NCBI GenBank assembly: GCA_965277895.1
Contig: CBDIDR010000001.1
Span: 128,074-192,073 of the forward strand
Direction: 5' to 3'
DNA: 64,000 bases
Source of the DNA: Flavobacteriales bacterium
Lineage (GTDB): Bacteria > Bacteroidota > Bacteroidia > Flavobacteriales > UBA7312
A model generated the notes under the pieces. It made no database searches. It was not told the origin of the DNA and saw only the letters and a program-made list of their open reading frames with translations. Below are positions 1 to 10,499 of this stretch, piece by piece (position 1 is the first letter of the stretch; every line of letters starts with the position of its first letter). Position numbers and translations under genes: made by a program.

Positions 1-902
1 TCAAGCTTATCTCTAAGTTCGGTAGAATTGCTTAATAAATCTAATACTGTAATGGCTGAACCAACAATCGATGGTGCCAACGAATTTGAAAATAAGTAAG
101 GTCTTGAACGTTGACGGAGCATATCAACAATTTCTTTTCTGGCTGAAGTAAATCCTCCCATTGCACCACCAAGTGCCTTACCTAATGTGCCGGTAATGAT
201 ATCGACACGCCCCATAACATTATGATATTCATGTGTTCCGCGTCCATTCTTTCCAACAAAACCTGTTGCATGGCATTCATCGACCATTACGAGTGCGTCG
301 TATTTTTCAGCTAAATCACATATTTTATCTAACTGTGCAATATACCCATCCATTGAAAAAACGCCATCAGTAACAATAATTCGATTTCTTTGCGATTGAG
401 CTTCAATCAATTTTTGCTCCAAATCATTCATATCATTATTGGCATAACGGTAACGTGCTGCTTTACACAAGCGAACGCCATCAATAATTGATGCATGATT
501 TAAAGAGTCTGAAATTATAGCATCTTCTGCACCAAATAAAGGCTCAAAAACTCCACCATTAGCATCAAAAGCAGCAGCATATAATATAGTGTCATCCATT
601 CCTAAAAACTCTGATAGCTTTTGCTCTAAGGTTTTGTGGATGTCTTGTGTTCCGCATATGAACCTAACTGATGATAAGCCAAAGCCATGAGTGTCTAAAG
701 TTCGCTTAGCAGACTCTACCACTTCGGTATTTGAGGATAAACCAAGGTAATTGTTTGCACAAAAATTAATGACTTCTTTGCCAGTGCTTACTGAAATATC
801 AGCGTTTTGTGGAGTAACAATTATACGTTCTTCTTTGTATAAGCCTGAATCTTTTATGTGTTGTAATTCAGCTTCTAATTGGGTTTTTAATTTTCCGTAC
901 AT
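1..902 (-). CDS. kbl: 2-amino-3-ketobutyrate CoA ligase (glycine C-acetyltransferase); 3' end cut by the window edge
   Basis: Absent from the ORF track because it runs off the window. Minus-strand translation from the ATG at 900-902 gives [79 protein letters not shown]. This is colinear with E. coli Kbl as I recall it, including the PLP-lysine segment. Confidence 0.9.
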   Translation of the reverse strand, partial: MYGKLKTQLEAELQHIKDSGLYKEERIIVTPQNADISVSTGKEVINFCANNYLGLSSNTEVVESAKRTLDTHGFGLSSVRFICGTQDIHKTLEQKLSEFLGMDDTILYAAAFDANGGVFEPLFGAEDAIISDSLNHASIIDGVRLCKAARYRYANNDMNDLEQKLIEAQSQRNRIIVTDGVFSMDGYIAQLDKICDLAEKYDALVMVDECHATGFVGKNGRGTHEYHNVMGRVDIITGTLGKALGGAMGGFTSARKEIVDMLRQRSRPYLFSNSLAPSIVGSAITVLDLLSNSTELRDKL

Positions 903-913
903 ATATCTTAGAA

Positions 914-940
914 TTAAAAAAAGGGAGTTGCCTCCCTCTT
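914..940 (-). terminator. Rho-independent terminator after gdhA
   Basis: The minus strand reads gagggag-gcaa-ctccctt followed by a T run, about 20 nt past the gdhA stop. Confidence 0.6.
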
Positions 941-958
941 AAGTTTTTGATACAATGA

Positions 959-2350
<1,392 letters not shown>

Positions 2351-2443
2351 TCAAATGACCTTTTTTTAAAATATCTTAAACAACAAAAGGTCCCAATTAA
2401 AATTTAATCGAGACCTTTACGAATGATGAAAAAACAAACAGTA

Positions 2444-2614
2444 CTAGTGGAGTACAATTTTATGTGAACTCACCTCTGATTTACTTACGGTATTTAAAAA
2501 GTAAATTCCTCTAGAAAAATCAATAGTAGACACGCTAATATGATTCGAACGGTCTAATGTTAAATATTTTCTTTGCCAAATAATTTTTCCAGTTACGTCA
2601 ATAAGACACACATT
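2444..2614 (-). pseudogene. Remnant of a T9SS type-A C-terminal sorting domain (tail only)
   Basis: Open frame NVCLIDVTGKIIWQRKYLTLDRSNHISVSTIDFSRGIYFLNTVSKSEVSSHKIVLH*. It fits the typical CTD pattern (D-x-x-G-K, then G-I-Y-F-L, then K-I-V). There is no start codon and no upstream body. Confidence 0.55.
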
Positions 2615-2849
2615 TTATATTATTTTCTTGAATAAACTCTAACTCTTTTTCAGCTCTAGAAAGAACTGAACTATTTTTAATTTGACTCGCTAAGACAGGA
2701 CCAACATTTGGGATTTTCTCAAGAATAGATTGCTTTTCTTTAAAGACAGCTTCAAAACCCCCACAATAAGCGACTATTTATTTTGTATTGATAGGGCCAA
2801 TTCCTTTAATTTGGCTAAGCCCAATATGAAATATCAGTTCTTGTGTCAT
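2598..2849 (-). pseudogene. dprA: dprA (DNA-processing protein A) N-terminal fragment with an in-frame TAA
   Basis: MTQELIFHIGLSQIKGIGPINTK*IVAYCGGFEAVFKEKQSILEKIPNVGPVLASQIKNSSVLSRAEKELEFIQENNIKCVSY* matches the DprA N-terminal helical domain. The nonsense codon is at 2778-2780. The Rossmann-like DprA core is missing. Confidence 0.65.
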
Positions 2850-2854
2850 GGCAA

Positions 2855-2862
2855 TAAATTTG
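2855..2862 (+). promoter_or_regulatory. -7 promoter box (TAAATTTG) for the TonB-dependent receptor operon
   Basis: Perfect TAnnTTTG, 28 nt upstream of the ATG at 2891. Confidence 0.45.
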
Positions 2863-2890
2863 TACTTTGCAAATCTAAAACTTTAATTTA

Positions 2891-5242
2891 ATGACCCTTA
2901 TTAAGTTTGTATTTACCCTATTATTTCTAAACTGTTGTCAGCTGTACGCACAAGTTTATTATGGGTCAATTCAGGATAAATCTAATTCTGAACCTCTAAT
3001 AGGCGTTAACATATTATTAGATGGCAAAGGAGTTACCACTTCAGATTTTGACGGTAACTTTAGTCTTACAGTTTCAGAACAAAAACATACCATTACATTT
3101 AGCTATATAGGTTTTAAAGATGAAGTTAGAAATATTCAACTTAAAAATGGAGAGTCAAAGCAAGAAACTATTAAGATGGCAGACAATGCTAAGCTCATTG
3201 AAACGGTTGTTGTTTCAGCAGGTAAATTTGAGCAACGTATTGAAGAAACTACTGTTTCTGTTGAAGTGATTAAACCCACTTTTATTTCGAATAAAAATAC
3301 GACTAATATTCAAACGGCTATCGACCAAGTGCCAGGGGTTAACATTACAGACGGACAAGCCAATATTAGAGGAGGAAGCGGCTGGAGTTATGGTGCAGGT
3401 ACTAGGGTACAAGTTTTAGTTGATGATATGCCATTAATTTCAGGAGATGCTGGACAGGCTCAATGGAGCTTAATCTCAACTGAAAACATAAATCAAGTAG
3501 AGATTATTAAAGGAGCATCTTCAGCTCTTTATGGTTCTTCAGCTTTAAATGGTGTAATAAATATTCGAACGGCGTACCCCACTGATGAGCCAGAAACAAA
3601 AGTAAATTTTCATACAGGCTACTATGACGATGCTCGTCGTGAAAGTCTAAACTGGTGGGGAGAAAATAAAAGAAGCATTTTTGGTGTAGACTTCTTGCAT
3701 AAAGAGAAAATTGGCAATCTTGATTTGGTATTGGGCGGTTTCCTTTTGGAGGATGAAGGCTACCGATATGGTGAAGAAACTAGTAGAAAACGTTTTAATT
3801 TTAATACGCGTTATAAAGACCAAAAAATAGAAGGCCTATCCTATGGTGTTAACGCTAATTTCCTATTCAACGAAACAGCTTCAGCACTTATATGGCAAAG
3901 TTATGATGAAGCCTACATTCCATTAGACAGTTCCGTAACAAAAACCAGTGGAGATGTTTACAACGTTGACCCTTTCCTTACCTATGTAAATCCTAATAAT
4001 GGTGACAAACACAATCTAAGGACAAGGTACATGAGGGTTATTAATGATAACGACACCAAAGATGATCCCAATGGTCAGGACAATGAGTCCAAAACCTATT
4101 ATACAGAATACCAATATCAAAAAAGTATAGAGTCAATAAGGTTAAATTGGACAAGCGGATTACTGAACGAATACGTTGATGCTGAAGCCGAATTGTTCAA
4201 TGGGAAAAACTTCAAATTAAACCATGCCATTTTTACTCAGTTTGATAAAAAATTTGGTAAAAGAATCAATTTATCGCTGGGTGCTAGGTACGAGCAATTC
4301 AAATTAGAAACTAGTGAACTGTATTTGATTGATGGCGACTCCATTAATTCATTTAAAGCTGCTAAACCTGTTTTTAGAGCAGGTGTTAATTACCAAATTG
4401 GAAAAGGTACTTTTTTAAGGTCTTCCATAGGACAAGGATATAGATTTCCAAGCATTGCAGAACTATTTATTGAAACCGAAGTTTCTGGCGGAATATACGT
4501 TTATCAAAATCCTGAACTAAAACCTGAGGAAGGCTGGAGCTCAGAAATAGCCATAAAGCAAGGCTTTCAATTTAGAGAATGGCAAGGGTATGTAGATATC
4601 GCGGCTTTTATCATGGAATATGATAATATGATGGAATTTAGTTTTGGACAGTGGCAAGAGGTTTCTGATGATGACCTTGGAATTGGTTTTAAATCCATAA
4701 ATATTGGTGACACAAAAATCTCTGGGATGGAATTTTCAACTGCTGCCAGCGGCAAAATAAACAACACAGAAATTAACTTAATAGGTGGTTATACCTACAT
4801 AAACGCTATTCCCAAAAATCCTGATGCAACATATGCCGAAGATATTTACGGACTAGAACTAAACTATTACAACACCAGCTCGCTAGATTCTAACACGCTA
4901 TTTTTAAAATACAGACACAAACACATCGCTAAATTAGATGTTGAATTTAAGAAAGATAAACTATCTTTTGGAACCAGTTTCAGGTACAATAGTTTTATGC
5001 AAAATGTGGACTATATATTTGTATCCCCAGTTTTTGAAACTATAGTACCAGGAATACCAGAATCAAGAGAAAAATTAAAAGATGGTGATTTCATTGTTGA
5101 CGCTAGACTAATTTATCAGCTATCAAACGAGCTATCTTTATCATTAATAGCTAATAATCTTCTTAATAGAGAATATCAAAGTAGACCATCAAACATGATG
5201 CCCCCTCGTTCCTATTCAGTAAAATTCAGTTTTGACATATGA
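2891..5242 (+). CDS. TonB-dependent outer-membrane receptor with an N-terminal carboxypeptidase-regulatory-like domain
   Basis: Signal peptide, a CarboxypepD_reg-like segment (GVNILLDGKGVTTSDFDGNFSL), a plug motif (IEIIKGASSALYGSSALNGVINI), and a long beta-barrel with an aromatic-rich C-terminus. Confidence 0.85.
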   Translation: MTLIKFVFTLLFLNCCQLYAQVYYGSIQDKSNSEPLIGVNILLDGKGVTTSDFDGNFSLTVSEQKHTITFSYIGFKDEVRNIQLKNGESKQETIKMADNAKLIETVVVSAGKFEQRIEETTVSVEVIKPTFISNKNTTNIQTAIDQVPGVNITDGQANIRGGSGWSYGAGTRVQVLVDDMPLISGDAGQAQWSLISTENINQVEIIKGASSALYGSSALNGVINIRTAYPTDEPETKVNFHTGYYDDARRESLNWWGENKRSIFGVDFLHKEKIGNLDLVLGGFLLEDEGYRYGEETSRKRFNFNTRYKDQKIEGLSYGVNANFLFNETASALIWQSYDEAYIPLDSSVTKTSGDVYNVDPFLTYVNPNNGDKHNLRTRYMRVINDNDTKDDPNGQDNESKTYYTEYQYQKSIESIRLNWTSGLLNEYVDAEAELFNGKNFKLNHAIFTQFDKKFGKRINLSLGARYEQFKLETSELYLIDGDSINSFKAAKPVFRAGVNYQIGKGTFLRSSIGQGYRFPSIAELFIETEVSGGIYVYQNPELKPEEGWSSEIAIKQGFQFREWQGYVDIAAFIMEYDNMMEFSFGQWQEVSDDDLGIGFKSINIGDTKISGMEFSTAASGKINNTEINLIGGYTYINAIPKNPDATYAEDIYGLELNYYNTSSLDSNTLFLKYRHKHIAKLDVEFKKDKLSFGTSFRYNSFMQNVDYIFVSPVFETIVPGIPESREKLKDGDFIVDARLIYQLSNELSLSLIANNLLNREYQSRPSNMMPPRSYSVKFSFDI

Positions 5243-5949
5243 GAACGCTCGGTGTAATACCTGCCAGATATCAGTCTAGTCGATTTCCAGGAAAACCCCT
5301 TGCCGATATACTTGGTAAAAGTATGATTCAACGCGTTTATGAACAGGCTAAAAAATCTAAGTTAGATGATGTTATTGTAGCTACTGATGACGAACGAATT
5401 GCAGAAGAAGTCAAGTCGTTTAACGGAGAAGTCCGTATGACCTCGGGCCAACACCTCAGCGGCACCGACAGGTGTATGGAAGTCGGTGAAAGTGTTTCAA
5501 AAGAGTTTGACATTATCGTTAATATACAGGGCGACGAACCTTTCATTGAAGCGGAACAAATCAACCAATTGATTGATGCTTTCGAAAGTCCTGACACTCA
5601 AATTGCTACCCTGGCACAACTCATTGAACAAACAGAAGATTTACAAAACTACAATAAGCCAAAAGTATTTTTTGATAAAAATGAAATGGCAATATCATTT
5701 GATAGGGTTGTCAATAGCCCATTCAAAGCGAACACGTTTTATAAACACATTGGACTGTATGCTTTTCGTCCTGAAATATTGAAGGAAATATCACAACTCA
5801 AGCCCTCAGCAAAAGAATTAGAGCTAAAATTGGAGCAATGGCGATGGCTAGAAAACGACTATAATATCAAGGTTAAAATAACGCCTTACGACACCTATTC
5901 AGTAGACACTAAAGATGATTTGAAAAAAATTATTGAAAGATTTGGGTAG
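5239..5949 (+). CDS. kdsB: 3-deoxy-manno-octulosonate cytidylyltransferase (CMP-Kdo synthetase)
   Basis: IPARYQSSRFPGKPLADI..VIVATDDERI..NIQGDEP motifs. ATGA overlap with the upstream receptor gene. Confidence 0.9.
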   Translation: MRTLGVIPARYQSSRFPGKPLADILGKSMIQRVYEQAKKSKLDDVIVATDDERIAEEVKSFNGEVRMTSGQHLSGTDRCMEVGESVSKEFDIIVNIQGDEPFIEAEQINQLIDAFESPDTQIATLAQLIEQTEDLQNYNKPKVFFDKNEMAISFDRVVNSPFKANTFYKHIGLYAFRPEILKEISQLKPSAKELELKLEQWRWLENDYNIKVKITPYDTYSVDTKDDLKKIIERFG

Positions 5950-5979
5950 GCTTATCGAAAATAATATTTTAGCAAAACG

Positions 5980-6969
5980 ATGAGAACAAACATTAACAAG
6001 CATATATCCGATTTACTTTGCGAACATAATTGCGTGATTATTCCAGATTTTGGTGGCTTTGTAGCGAACTACGAATCCGCTTTTATCGATAGTAGAACTA
6101 ATCATATGTTTGCTCCAAAGAAGTCTATTGTTTTCAATAGGAGTCTTAAAAATAACGACGGATTACTTGTCAATGAAATTGCAGTTGGTGAAGGACTTAC
6201 CTTCAAACAAGCGAAAAAAGAACTGGACAAATACGTTCTCAATTTAAACGAATCTTTATCACTACACAAAAAAGTATTCATTGATGAAGTCGGTACACTG
6301 TTGCTAACTTCTGACGATAAAGTGTTATTTGTTCAATCAAACTCAAGAAACCACTTGCTTGATAGTTATGGCTTTACCACTATTCAGTACCCAACCATTC
6401 AGCGAACTTCTGTTCAAGAACGTTTTGAAGAAAAAATCAAGCATATTGATAAAGCTCATTTGCCTAGCAACAAAAAGCCTTGGCTTAAAGCAGCGGCAGT
6501 ACTCATTCCACTTCTTATGGTAAGTGCTTTGGGAATTTCTAACAAAGACAAGATACATTCTGTCTATGCTAATCTTTCCCCATTTGGGTCTTCAAGTTCA
6601 ACTGTTGTAGAAGCAGTAGAAACTGCAACTACTCATTTATCTTCATTTGACGTAGAAAGTCCGACCAACAATATTGAAGAGGCTGTATTATCTTTTTATG
6701 AAGCAAAGAATAATATGACCACTGTTGTTGAAAATGAAGTGCCAAAACACTTTATTATTGCAGGGGCTTTTTCATCTGAAAGAAACGCCAAAAAAATGAT
6801 TTCTAAACTTCAGAAATCAAACTTTACAAGTTCAAAAATTGTAGGCAAAAGTAAATCGGGACTTTATAGAGTCTCTTATGATGGCTTCGTAAATTCATCC
6901 GATGCTATTATGGCTTTACGCGAAATCAAGAAGACCAATCCAAGTGCTTGGCTTCTATCAACACACTAA
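5980..6969 (+). CDS. SPOR domain-containing protein with an HU-like N-terminal domain
   Basis: N-terminus resembles the HU/CCDC81-type fold (IIPDFGGFVANY), followed by a TM segment. The C-terminal region FIIAGAFSSERNAKKMISKL..YRVSYDGF is typical of SPOR. Confidence 0.7.
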   Translation: MRTNINKHISDLLCEHNCVIIPDFGGFVANYESAFIDSRTNHMFAPKKSIVFNRSLKNNDGLLVNEIAVGEGLTFKQAKKELDKYVLNLNESLSLHKKVFIDEVGTLLLTSDDKVLFVQSNSRNHLLDSYGFTTIQYPTIQRTSVQERFEEKIKHIDKAHLPSNKKPWLKAAAVLIPLLMVSALGISNKDKIHSVYANLSPFGSSSSTVVEAVETATTHLSSFDVESPTNNIEEAVLSFYEAKNNMTTVVENEVPKHFIIAGAFSSERNAKKMISKLQKSNFTSSKIVGKSKSGLYRVSYDGFVNSSDAIMALREIKKTNPSAWLLSTH

Positions 6970-6972
6970 ACA

Positions 6973-7482
6973 ATGTCTTCTAAAAAACCTTTACAAAGTT
7001 TAGCCACTCTTACGGAGATGGTTCTACCAAACGATACAAATAATTTAGATAATTTAATGGGAGGGCGACTTCTCCATTGGATGGATATAGCAGCTGCTAT
7101 TTCTGCACATCGCCACTGTGGAAGAATCGTAGTTACTGCCTCAGTAAACAACGTCTCTTTTGAAAAGCCAATACCGAGAGGAAGCATTGTAACTTTGGAA
7201 GCTAAAGTCTCTAGAGCTTTCAAATCTTCTATGGAAGTATTTGTAGATGTATGGATGGAAAATCAAGCCACCAAAGGGCGTCAAAAGTGTAATGAAGCCA
7301 TTTATACTTTTGTAGCCGTTGACCAATTAGGAAACCCCATTGCAGTACCTTCAATTACTCCAGAATCTGATTTGGAAAAAGAACGTTTTGAAGGTGCATT
7401 ACGCAGGCGACAATTAAGTCTTATTTTATCAGGAAGAATGAAGCCAGAAGATGCTTCTGAGCTGAAAGCCTTATTTACTTAA
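6973..7482 (+). CDS. Acyl-CoA thioesterase (hotdog fold, YciA/BFIT-like)
   Basis: LPNDTNNLDNLMGGRLLHWMDIAAAI..VTASV..SFEKPI matches the acyl-CoA thioesterase family pattern. Confidence 0.85.
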   Translation: MSSKKPLQSLATLTEMVLPNDTNNLDNLMGGRLLHWMDIAAAISAHRHCGRIVVTASVNNVSFEKPIPRGSIVTLEAKVSRAFKSSMEVFVDVWMENQATKGRQKCNEAIYTFVAVDQLGNPIAVPSITPESDLEKERFEGALRRRQLSLILSGRMKPEDASELKALFT

Positions 7483-8416
7483 TAGGTGATAAATCTATTT
7501 CCGTCATGCATCTAAAATGTCCTCTTGGGCATTTGGCATAACCAATTTTTGAGCAAGGGCGACAGCCTAATTCTTTATTTTCTACGATTACTGATTCTGG
7601 GTCTGGCAGATAAGGCACCATGCCAAAAGGTGGAGCCGTATTGCCCCAAACAGAATATATCTTTTTCTTTAATGCTGCTGAAATATGCATCATGCCTGTA
7701 TCGTGCGACACCACAAACTCTGCCCCTTTTACTAATAAAGCAGATTGGGTAAGCGACAATTCACCACAAGCATTCAAGCCATTTTGTGTTTGGCTTATTA
7801 TTTCTCGTCCACGCTCAGCATCTTCAGGACCACCCACCAGTACAAACTTTCGGTTGAGCTGCTTACACAACTCAATCAGTTTGAAGGTTGGTAATATTTT
7901 GGTGGAATGTTGCCCACCAATAACTACTGCAACGAAAGGCTCTTTTAACTGAAAGGCATTTGGCAAAGATTCTGTCTCAGGAATAAAAAAATCTAAGCCC
8001 TGCATATCGTTTTTTACGCCCAAAGGCTCCACGGTGGCAATGTTTCTTTCAACCATGTGAATGGGCGGCATGAGGTTAATCTTAAAAGTCGTCAGTAAAA
8101 ACTTTCTTATGTTCAATTTATTAACGCTTTTGGAAGGAAGTTTTAAGGCACGTTTTATTTTTAGGCTACGTAAGTTGTGGTGCAAATCCACTACAAAATC
8201 ATAGCCTTCAGTCTGCAAAGGCTCTACTCCATCTTCATAATGGTGAATGGTGTCAATGTATGGATTGTGTGATAGCCATTTTGCAAATGTCTTTTTTGTA
8301 AGGAAGTGAACCTCAGCATTAAGCTGCTTTTTAAGTACTCTAACCACAGGAGATGTCAATACAATATCGCCAATAGAACTCAGGCGAATTACTAATATTT
8401 TCATTGGTGTAGACAT
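7475..8416 (-). CDS. Glycosyltransferase family 9 (heptosyltransferase-like)
   Basis: MKILVIRLSSIGDIVLTSPVVRVLK N-terminus and HDTGMMHISAAL near the C-terminus. The start could be 8416 or 8404. Confidence 0.85.
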   Translation of the reverse strand: MSTPMKILVIRLSSIGDIVLTSPVVRVLKKQLNAEVHFLTKKTFAKWLSHNPYIDTIHHYEDGVEPLQTEGYDFVVDLHHNLRSLKIKRALKLPSKSVNKLNIRKFLLTTFKINLMPPIHMVERNIATVEPLGVKNDMQGLDFFIPETESLPNAFQLKEPFVAVVIGGQHSTKILPTFKLIELCKQLNRKFVLVGGPEDAERGREIISQTQNGLNACGELSLTQSALLVKGAEFVVSHDTGMMHISAALKKKIYSVWGNTAPPFGMVPYLPDPESVIVENKELGCRPCSKIGYAKCPRGHFRCMTEIDLSPIK

Positions 8417-8420
8417 CGTT

Positions 8421-8428
8421 CAAAGCTA
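8421..8428 (-). promoter_or_regulatory. -7 promoter box (TAGCTTTG) for the GT9 gene
   Basis: Perfect TAnnTTTG on the minus strand, ending 4 nt before the ATG at 8416. Confidence 0.45.
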
Positions 8429-8440
8429 AATAAATTATCC

Positions 8441-8448
8441 TAATTTTG
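8441..8448 (+). promoter_or_regulatory. -7 promoter box (TAATTTTG) for tatD-ansA
   Basis: Perfect TAnnTTTG ending 5 nt before the ATG at 8454. Confidence 0.45.
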
Positions 8449-8453
8449 CCCCT

Positions 8454-9221
8454 ATGAATCTGATTGATACGCATACCCATTTGTTTAGCAGCCAATTTGA
8501 TGACGACAGGCATCAGGTTGTTCAAAATGCCATTGACAAAGGCGTGAGCAAAATGTTGCTCCCCAACATCAGTAGCGAAACTATTGATGCTATGCATAAA
8601 CTATGTACGGATTTTCCTTCACATTGCTTTCCTATGATGGGTCTTCACCCTTGTGATATAAAGGAAAACTATTTGGAGGAATTGGAAATCATTAAGTCTC
8701 ATTTGGACAAAGGAAAGTATGTAGCGGTGGGCGAAATAGGCATCGATTTGTATTGGGACAAAAGCACTTTGGACATTCAAAAAGAGGCGTTTCGTCAACA
8801 ACTCATGTGGGGAAAGGAATACAATTTGCCAGTAGCCATTCACATCCGAGAAAGTTTTGATGAGGTATTTGAAGTTATTGAAGAGGTGAATGACGATAGG
8901 CTAAGAGGCGTTTTTCACTGCTTTACTGGTACTGTGGAACAAGGCAGAAAAGCCATAGAGCTAGGCTTTATGCTGGGTGTTGGAGGAGTTGCTACATTCA
9001 AAAATAGCGGATTGGACAAGACCCTAAAAGAGCTTTCTTTAGAACATCTCATTTTGGAAACCGACAGCCCCTACCTCGCTCCTACACCACATAGAGGCAA
9101 GCGTAATGAAAGTTCATTTTTACCTTTAATGGCACAAAAACTAGCGGATATTTACGAGATTGATATAGAAGACATTGCCAAACAGACGACTCACAATGCT
9201 AATACATTATTTAAATTATGA
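8454..9221 (+). CDS. tatD: TatD family metal-dependent hydrolase
   Basis: MNLIDTHTHL..GEIGIDLYW..IHIRE..HCFTG..ETDSPYL, the canonical TatD motifs. Confidence 0.9.
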   Translation: MNLIDTHTHLFSSQFDDDRHQVVQNAIDKGVSKMLLPNISSETIDAMHKLCTDFPSHCFPMMGLHPCDIKENYLEELEIIKSHLDKGKYVAVGEIGIDLYWDKSTLDIQKEAFRQQLMWGKEYNLPVAIHIRESFDEVFEVIEEVNDDRLRGVFHCFTGTVEQGRKAIELGFMLGVGGVATFKNSGLDKTLKELSLEHLILETDSPYLAPTPHRGKRNESSFLPLMAQKLADIYEIDIEDIAKQTTHNANTLFKL

Positions 9222-10222
9222 CACATTTAAAATCTGTACTACTTATATATACTGGCGGAACAATTGGGATGTACAAGTCTGGCGATGGCGGACTCAAAGC
9301 CTTTGATTTAGAAAAACTTAAAAGTCAAATTCCTGAACTCAATAGCTTTGATATCAACATACATACCACTAGCATTGACACCCCTATTGACTCCTCAAAC
9401 ATGAGCCAAGAAGTATGGGCTCAATTGGCTAAAATTATACAAACAGAATACACTTCATACGATGGTTTTGTAATTCTTCATGGTTCTGATACTATGGCGT
9501 ATACCGCCTCAATACTTAGCTTTATGCTAGAAAACCTGCAAAAACCTGTGGTGCTAACAGGAGCACAACTGCCCATAGGTGTAAGACGAACGGATGCCAA
9601 AGAAAATATTATCTCATCCATTGAAATTGCAGCAGAAGGAAAAGTGCCTGAAGTTTGCGTTTACTTTGAATACCGACTACTAAGGGGGAATAGAAGTGTT
9701 AAAATAAATGCCGAACACTTTGAAGCTTTCAAAAGCCCCAACTTCATACCTCTTGCCGAGGCTGGTTTACAAATAAAATACAACCCTATTAGCTACGACC
9801 ATACCGATAAGGAGTTTACAGTGCATACCTCACTATCCAATGACGTTATGGTGTTAAAATTGTTCCCTAATATGAGTAAGGATTTTATTGAAAGCACATT
9901 ACGATTGCCTTACAAAGCCATTGTGCTTGAAACTTTTGGCTCAGGAAATGCCACTACTTCAGACTGGTTTATTAACGCCTTGAAAGAAGCCATAGAAGAC
10001 GGCAAAATTATTTTGAATGTCAGTCAATGTTTGTCAGGAAGTGTTAGCCAAGGGCTTTACGAAACCAGCTCAAAACTAGAAGAGCTTGGCGTAGTTAGTG
10101 GCAAGGACATGACTACGGAAGCAGCACTAACCAAACTCATGTACTTAATTGGCGAAGGTTATTCAGATGAAAAAATTAAGGAGCTTTTGCAAATTTCATT
10201 GAGAGGGGAACTGACCAATTAA
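9218..10222 (+). CDS. ansA: L-asparaginase, type I
   Basis: LLIYTGGTIGM and HGSDTMAYTAS motifs; length 334 aa. Confidence 0.88.
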   Translation: MTHLKSVLLIYTGGTIGMYKSGDGGLKAFDLEKLKSQIPELNSFDINIHTTSIDTPIDSSNMSQEVWAQLAKIIQTEYTSYDGFVILHGSDTMAYTASILSFMLENLQKPVVLTGAQLPIGVRRTDAKENIISSIEIAAEGKVPEVCVYFEYRLLRGNRSVKINAEHFEAFKSPNFIPLAEAGLQIKYNPISYDHTDKEFTVHTSLSNDVMVLKLFPNMSKDFIESTLRLPYKAIVLETFGSGNATTSDWFINALKEAIEDGKIILNVSQCLSGSVSQGLYETSSKLEELGVVSGKDMTTEAALTKLMYLIGEGYSDEKIKELLQISLRGELTN

Positions 10223-10252
10223 ATTTCATTTAGTAGATTTACCAACCTTATT

Positions 10253-10337
10253 GGAAAGGTGGCCGAGTGGCTTAAGGCGCACGCTTGGAAAGCGTGTATA
10301 CAGCAATGTATCGGGGGTTCGAATCCCTTCCTTTCCG
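10253..10337 (+). tRNA. tRNA-Ser (anticodon GGA), class II with a long variable arm
   Basis: Acceptor GGAAAGG/CCTTTCC; 3-bp D stem; anticodon stem CACGC/GCGTG with loop TTGGAAA; 16-nt variable arm; GGTTCGAATCC T-loop. CCA is not encoded. Confidence 0.9.
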
Positions 10338-10340
10338 CAA
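10322..10340 (+). repeat. Direct repeat copy 1 (3' end of tRNA-Ser)
   Basis: aatcccttcctttccgcaa; an identical 19-mer recurs at 10478-10496. Confidence 0.9.
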
Positions 10341-10345
10341 TAGAC

Positions 10346-10370
10346 AAAAGCACCCCAAAGGGTGTTTTTT
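10346..10370 (+). terminator. Stem-loop plus T-run after tRNA-Ser
   Basis: caccc-caaa-gggtg flanked by an A run and a T run. Confidence 0.6.
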
Positions 10371-10477
10371 CTATTTAAAGACCTTGGGTAAACTTGTTTT
10401 GCCAAAAGGGATTTAAGAGAAAAAAGAAGCGAAGCGATTTTGTCGTATTGCAACTCCCCTTTCTGGGATCATAAAAT

Positions 10478-10496
10478 AATCCCTTCCTTTCCGCAA
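10478..10496 (+). repeat. Direct repeat copy 2 (orphan tRNA-Ser 3' end)
   Basis: Exact 19-nt copy of 10322-10340. The sequence before it is not tRNA-like. Confidence 0.9.
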
Positions 10497-10499
10497 AAA

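Noticed and set aside
7525-7952. 75-aa and 110-aa plus-strand ORFs inside the GT9 gene
   Set aside because: They are antisense to a gene with GT9 signatures and are not independently supported.
10226-10453. 75-aa minus-strand ORF from the track
   Set aside because: It lies directly over tRNA-Ser and its terminator. The tRNA explains the sequence, so there is no reason to call a protein.
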